A stretch of 64,000 nucleotides of DNA from Eledone cirrhosa (lineage: Eukaryota): the NCBI GenBank assembly GCA_964016885.1, contig OZ024746.1, positions 74,648,001-74,712,000 of the forward strand. Reading direction: 5' to 3'. Below are positions 58,811 through 64,000 of the stretch, piece by piece. Numbering within the stretch: position 1 is the stretch's first letter; the number at the start of each line of letters is the position of its first letter. Position numbers and translations under genes: made by a program. The notes beneath the pieces are model-generated. The model was not told the DNA's origin and did not search any database. It saw only the letters and a list, made by a program, of their open reading frames with translations.

Positions 58811-59341
58811 TGAGTGTTTGTTTGTTTCTTTGTGCATGTGTGTAGTGTGTGTGTACGTGTGTGTGTGTTTACGTGTATGTGTATGTGTGTGTGTGCGTGT
58901 GTGTGTTATAGACGCAGACACCGAGAGGAATAGAGATTCAAAGTAAGTCATAAAGAATAAAGAAAGACATACAGCCAGACTGAAATTATCGCCCTTGATT
59001 AGATAAACAACAAACAAAACACATTTTTCTAACATTTTACTGTAGTTATGTTTTAAAGAGTTGTGCAAAAGGTTGAGAGGTGATATTAGTATTGGTAGTG
59101 GTTGTTGTAGTGGTGGTGGTGGCAGTGTCTGGTGTGGTTGTTGTGGGGCCTGTAGTGGTGGTATTCGTGGTGATGTTTGTGATGATGGTTATTGTGGTGC
59201 TGGTATTGACGTATTGTTAATGGGATGTCGGTGTTTACTGGTTATATCCTCCCTAACTTCTCCCCCTCATGGGGGTTTTTTTCTGGGATTTTTTTCCATC
59301 TATTTCTTTATTATTGAGAATTATATAGACGAATAATTCAA

Positions 59342-59391
<50 letters not shown>

Positions 59392-59418
59392 GTATATGTA
59401 TATATATATAGAGATATG

Positions 59419-59528
<110 letters not shown>

Positions 59529-59608
59529 CAAATGTATACATATATACAAATGTATACATACATACACACACTCATATATATGTGTGTGTGTGTGTGTGTG
59601 TGCGTGTG

Positions 59609-59685
<77 letters not shown>

Positions 59686-59957
59686 AATGTATGCATATAT
59701 ACAAATGTATACATACATACACCACTCATATATATATGTGTGTGTGTGTGCGTGAGAGTGTGAGTGTATAATTAATTATTTTTATCGTATTTTATAAGTC
59801 AATTATTTGTTATATATAAGAGTATAATACAGATATATATACACTCACTTACACTCACACACACACACACACACATACATATATATATAAATGTGTGTGT
59901 GTGTGTGTTAGGTAATATATATAAATACATACATATATATATATATATATGCATACA

Positions 59958-59997
<40 letters not shown>

Positions 59998-60138
59998 ATG
60001 AAGGAGGTGTGGTAAGGAACCAGATGGCCCATAACGCACCAGAGTACTCAATAATTAGTGTAGTAGAGTGGGTAATAGGAAAATGTTTAGCCGTCGAAAC
60101 GGTTTGATCTCTGCCGTCGGGGTCAAACATTTTCCTAT
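59998..60138 (-). mobile_element. Hairpin-headed family copy with internal deletion
   Basis: Same tail as 29006; inverted taggaaaatgttt / aaacattttccta arms. Confidence 0.8.
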
Positions 60139-60354
60139 ATACATACACACACACACACGCGCGCGGAAGCACTCAAACAGACATGCACACAGGCTTACAA
60201 GAACAAATATTCACCCATATTCTTTGTTATCGTAATTCATTGAATAAATATATATGATAGAGATCCTGGGAGTTCACAAAATGAGACATAGGTTAATATT
60301 AAGAATAGAGTGTATATATATATATAATTGATAAAATTTTATATGAATATATAA

Positions 60355-60387
<33 letters not shown>

Positions 60388-60424
60388 GAAATAAACGTAT
60401 ATATATATATATATATATATATTA

Positions 60425-60586
60425 GTTTAGCGAGGTTTTTATATGAAATCATGTGTCGAAACAAATATTGTTATACTTGGGGAGGGTCATATTTGCGAGA
60501 AGCGAAAACCAACCAAACAGTGAGTGTGTTCTGTTATTAATTCTGGCAATATTACACAAATATGACCCTCCCCAAGTATAACAATA
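60425..60586. mobile_element. MTLPKY-family fragment with ~30 bp inverted arms
   Basis: 60465-60495 is the reverse complement of 60557-60586. Confidence 0.75.
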
Positions 60587-60651
60587 TATATATATATATA
60601 TATATACGTTTATTTCCATATACATATACACATACATATATATATATATAT

Positions 60652-60762
60652 AGTATTTTGACAATTTGGCTGGTGGTAACTGTACTTAAAATCGATTGTC
60701 ATGATAGCACTACAATTAGCGATTTTTAGACACACCGGATCAATGAAACATTTGTTAATACT
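60652..60762 (+). ncRNA. Decayed hammerhead at the start of a (TA)n insert
   Basis: AGTATT-TTGACAA (CTGACGA with two transitions)-t TTGG CTGGTG..CACCGG a TCAA t-GAAAC ATTT GTT|AATACT. Confidence 0.6.
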
Positions 60763-60999
60763 TGGAATAAACCCTACTGTATAGCTGATTCGTGTTATTC
60801 TTCACTCCTTTATTATTAATACTCCAGGAACCGCTTACCTAGGAACTGTCTAGAATCGACCACGCGAACTCCACAACTCAGTAAATATCTTGTCGAGTCA
60901 AATAACGCTGATCGTTAGGATCATCCATATTACAGTTTACTCATAACCTCTACTTGTATTACCTTATACGATACTTTGTTTACTTATATATATATAGAG

Positions 61000-61215
61000 A
61001 GAAAGGATAAAAAGGACGATTGATTATTCCTTCATTGCATTTATTGATAGGTGACGCGCGTTTCGCCACTGATCAGCTCAAGGTTCGATTTATATCGATC
61101 TTACCCGACTCAATAATCCGCAGCTCGACGGACCTTCCTGGTCAGGGGCGAAACGCGCGTCACTTTATCAATAAATGCAATGAAGGAATAATCAATCGTC
61201 CTTTTTATCCTTTCT
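61000..61215. repeat. Fold-back palindrome (~77 bp arms) containing HHR 3' half
   Basis: 61000-61076 is the reverse complement of 61138-61215; GAAAC GCGC GTC at 61150-61161. Confidence 0.88.
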
Positions 61216-61337
61216 ATATATTACACTCTGTATAGCTCTACACATCATCACAGAAGTGAACCTAAACATCGAGTGCTCACCCGGGTGAACCTGCAGTTAC
61301 ACCCCCTGGATATATATATATATATATATATATATAT

Positions 61338-61792
61338 TTCGTTTCTGAATTTGTTTAGCAAGATTCTTTATCTGAAAACGTGTGTTGAAACCGATATTGT
61401 TATACTTTGGGAGGGTCATGTGGCCAATGAGAAACACACGTACCAGTTGCTTTCACTTCAATTTATTATAATAAATTTATAAATTTAGGAATTTATAAAT
61501 TTCCGGTTGGTTGGTTCCACAACCAGATGATTGTTTATATATTGTCAAAGATGGCGTAGGACAGAACAAAGGAGAGGCACAAAGACAAAGAAAAGAATCC
61601 CCAGTCACTGAAGAGGTCACAGAATGTGTGACGAAAGAACTTTGACAATATATAAACAATCTTCTGGTTGTGGAACCAACCAACCAACCAGAAATTTATA
61701 AATTCCTAAATTTATAAATTTATTATAATAAATTGAAGTCCAAGCAACTGGTGCGTGTGTTTCTTATTGGCAACATGACCCTCCCAAAGTAT

Positions 61793-61800
<8 letters not shown>
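61338..61800. mobile_element. MTLPKY-family element with ~158 bp inverted arms and HHR in the spacer
   Basis: 61393-61550 is the reverse complement of 61640-61800. Confidence 0.85.
61604..61646 (+). ncRNA. Compact type I hammerhead ribozyme
   Basis: GTCA-CTGAAGA-g GTCAC agaatgt GTGAC-GAAAG aa CTT|TGAC. Confidence 0.78.
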
Positions 61801-61837
<37 letters not shown>

Positions 61838-61840
<3 letters not shown>

Positions 61841-62068
61841 ATAATAATAAATTTGAAGACTAAAATCCAAAGAGGGCTCGATAAGGAAAAATATATATCA
61901 AATATATAAGAACCGTAGAGCAAATATTTATTAAAATAACAGATTAAAGTGTAAGCAAAGAATCGGTGCTTTCACCCTTAACGGGATCTTCTGAAACTCA
62001 GAGTTTCAGAAGATCCCGTTAAGGGTGAAAGCAGCGATTCTTTGTTTAAACTTTAATCTGTTATTTTA

Positions 62069-62076
<8 letters not shown>
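61838..62076. mobile_element. Fold-back insert, palindrome 61924-62076 centred at 62000
   Basis: Arms ~76 bp, each with CAGAAGA-t CCC gttaa GGG t-GAAAG; homologous to 27078-27283. Confidence 0.85.
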
Positions 62077-62147
<71 letters not shown>

Positions 62148-62149
<2 letters not shown>

Positions 62150-62400
62150 TTCGTTTTTTAATTTGTTCTGCAAGATTTCTTATCTGGAAGTGTGTGTTGA
62201 AACAGATGTTGTGATACTTTGGTAGGGTCATACTGCCAATAAAAACAAACGCACCTTTTGGATTCCACTTCAATTTCCTATAAATTTACGGAAGGTTAGT
62301 TTAATAACCCGATGGTTGTCTATTCTTTTTATTGTCAAAGCTCTGTGAACTCCTCAACAACTACCGTTGTTGTTATTTTGTCTCTCTCCTTTGTTCTATC
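62148..62400 (-). mobile_element. MTLPKY-family diverged copy
   Basis: MTLPKYHNICFNTHFQIRNLAEQIK from ATG at 62231 (-). Confidence 0.65.
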
Positions 62401-62530
62401 CTTCACCATCCTGTTTTTTTTTTTTCGTTGTCTTTTTTTGTGAGCTGCGCATGTATTATATCCGGGTTTGTGTGTGTGTGTATTTTATGTATTTATTTAT
62501 ACATTTATTGACTTGTCGTTATTTCGTTGC

Positions 62531-62707
<177 letters not shown>

Positions 62708-63099
62708 TGTGTGTGTGTGTGTATGTTTTATTAGTTTAGTTATTTTGTGTCTCTGTATGTCTTTATCTTGTTCTTAGCTACTAGTTATGATGTTCTTGCT
62801 ATTCCGCTCATGTTTTCTGTTTAGTTCTGGCTAAAGTTCGTTTATGTTTGTCACTTCTGTAATCTGTCGGGGCATTGTGTCTGCTCTCTGTGTGGATCTG
62901 ATTTCTATCTCGATTTTCTTTGGTGTGCCCCCATGTTCCATTTTGGCATGTTAGTGAAGAGGTATTTATTTATCCATTCTCCTATGCAACCCTCTTAATA
63001 TTTATTTCTAACTTAGACCCAAGGACAAAAATTTACTGAAATGACATTTTGTAAGACAAGGTAAGGATTTTGTCAATACACCGGTAGTGTGCTGGTAAT

Positions 63100-63620
63100 T
63101 ATGTCTAACTGTAAACTCAACCACGGAAGAATGAAATGAAAAGTTGACGTTGGTTGAAATCGAACTCACAGATAGAGCGGTCACAAATACTATAATATAT
63201 TTTGCCTGCTGGTTCTGATAATTCTGCCAATTCACTTAGAGTGCTGATAATTGCTTCTGCATTTGGCACAAGGCCCGGAATTTGAAGGGGATAAGTCAAT
63301 TAAATCGACCCAAGTGCGTGACAGGTGCTTTATTTTATAGACCTTGTAAGGATGAAAGGCAAAGCTAACTCAGGAGGGATTTGAACTACTCAGAACGAAA
63401 AAGGGCCATAACTGTATGCTGCGAAGCTGGATTTCCGACGCTCTACAGATGCTGCTAATCCATCGCCTAATGATTTCTGATTTACAAGACCAACCATTTT
63501 GGAGGAAGGGGAAAGTTGACACTTTATTTTATCGACCTTTGAATCAGTGCGTTGAAAATCTTAACGAAATGCTGCAAATCATTTTGTCCGACACCCTACC
63601 GATTCCGTTAATCCACCGCC
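63100..63620 (-). mobile_element. Cluster of three old SINE-A-related copies
   Basis: Diverged cores at ~63100-63235, 63247-63470 and 63500-63620. Confidence 0.65.
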
Positions 63621-64000
63621 CTCAAGGGTGCTAATAATAAAACTTTCTGAATAACTGACGCCTATTTTATTGTGCCAATTTCTAGCGAATGAGCGACACA
63701 TCGCATCTCGGATCAGTCGCTAGTGTAATGCTTATAGTTTTCTACTTCATCTTTCACCGACATATCATGGTACATTGTTCCCTAGCTACATTGAAAATGA
63801 GATCATGCACGATTACTTAATTGACGTAGCTAGAGACGTGCACAATTGACCACGTCTGCAATGTTATTAAAACTATTACTAATAACCAGATGTTTCAGAA
63901 GAGGGTGTACTTCAGATTTGTGCAGTTTCTCATACGATGGACCTCCGTCGGTTTCGTTTCGACAATGAGTGTTCCAGTCTTTCGATCGATGAAATAATCT

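Overview
AT-rich animal genomic DNA, saturated with microsatellites, with no intact host protein-coding gene that I can support. It is probably intergenic or intronic. The dominant SINE and the repeat landscape resemble coleoid cephalopod (Octopus) genomes, which is an inference. Almost all listed ORFs are artefacts of (TA)n, (CA)n, (GA)n or (GGT)n repeats. The real content is mobile DNA: about 20 copies of a Pol III SINE, RTE-clade LINEs (one near full-length with a 5' inversion), a CR1/L2-like 3' fragment, Helitron derivatives and DNA-transposon remnants. The most striking signal is about 20 complete, degenerate or half type-I hammerhead ribozyme (HHR) motifs from at least 10 unrelated sequence families. 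They lie in short inserts embedded in (TA)n tracts, arranged as partial tandem repeats or fold-back palindromes whose turning points often coincide with ribozyme stem II or the cleavage site. This is consistent with a diverse microsatellite-targeting Penelope-like/retrozyme-like retroelement system. All pairings were read by eye and coordinates are approximate to a few bp.
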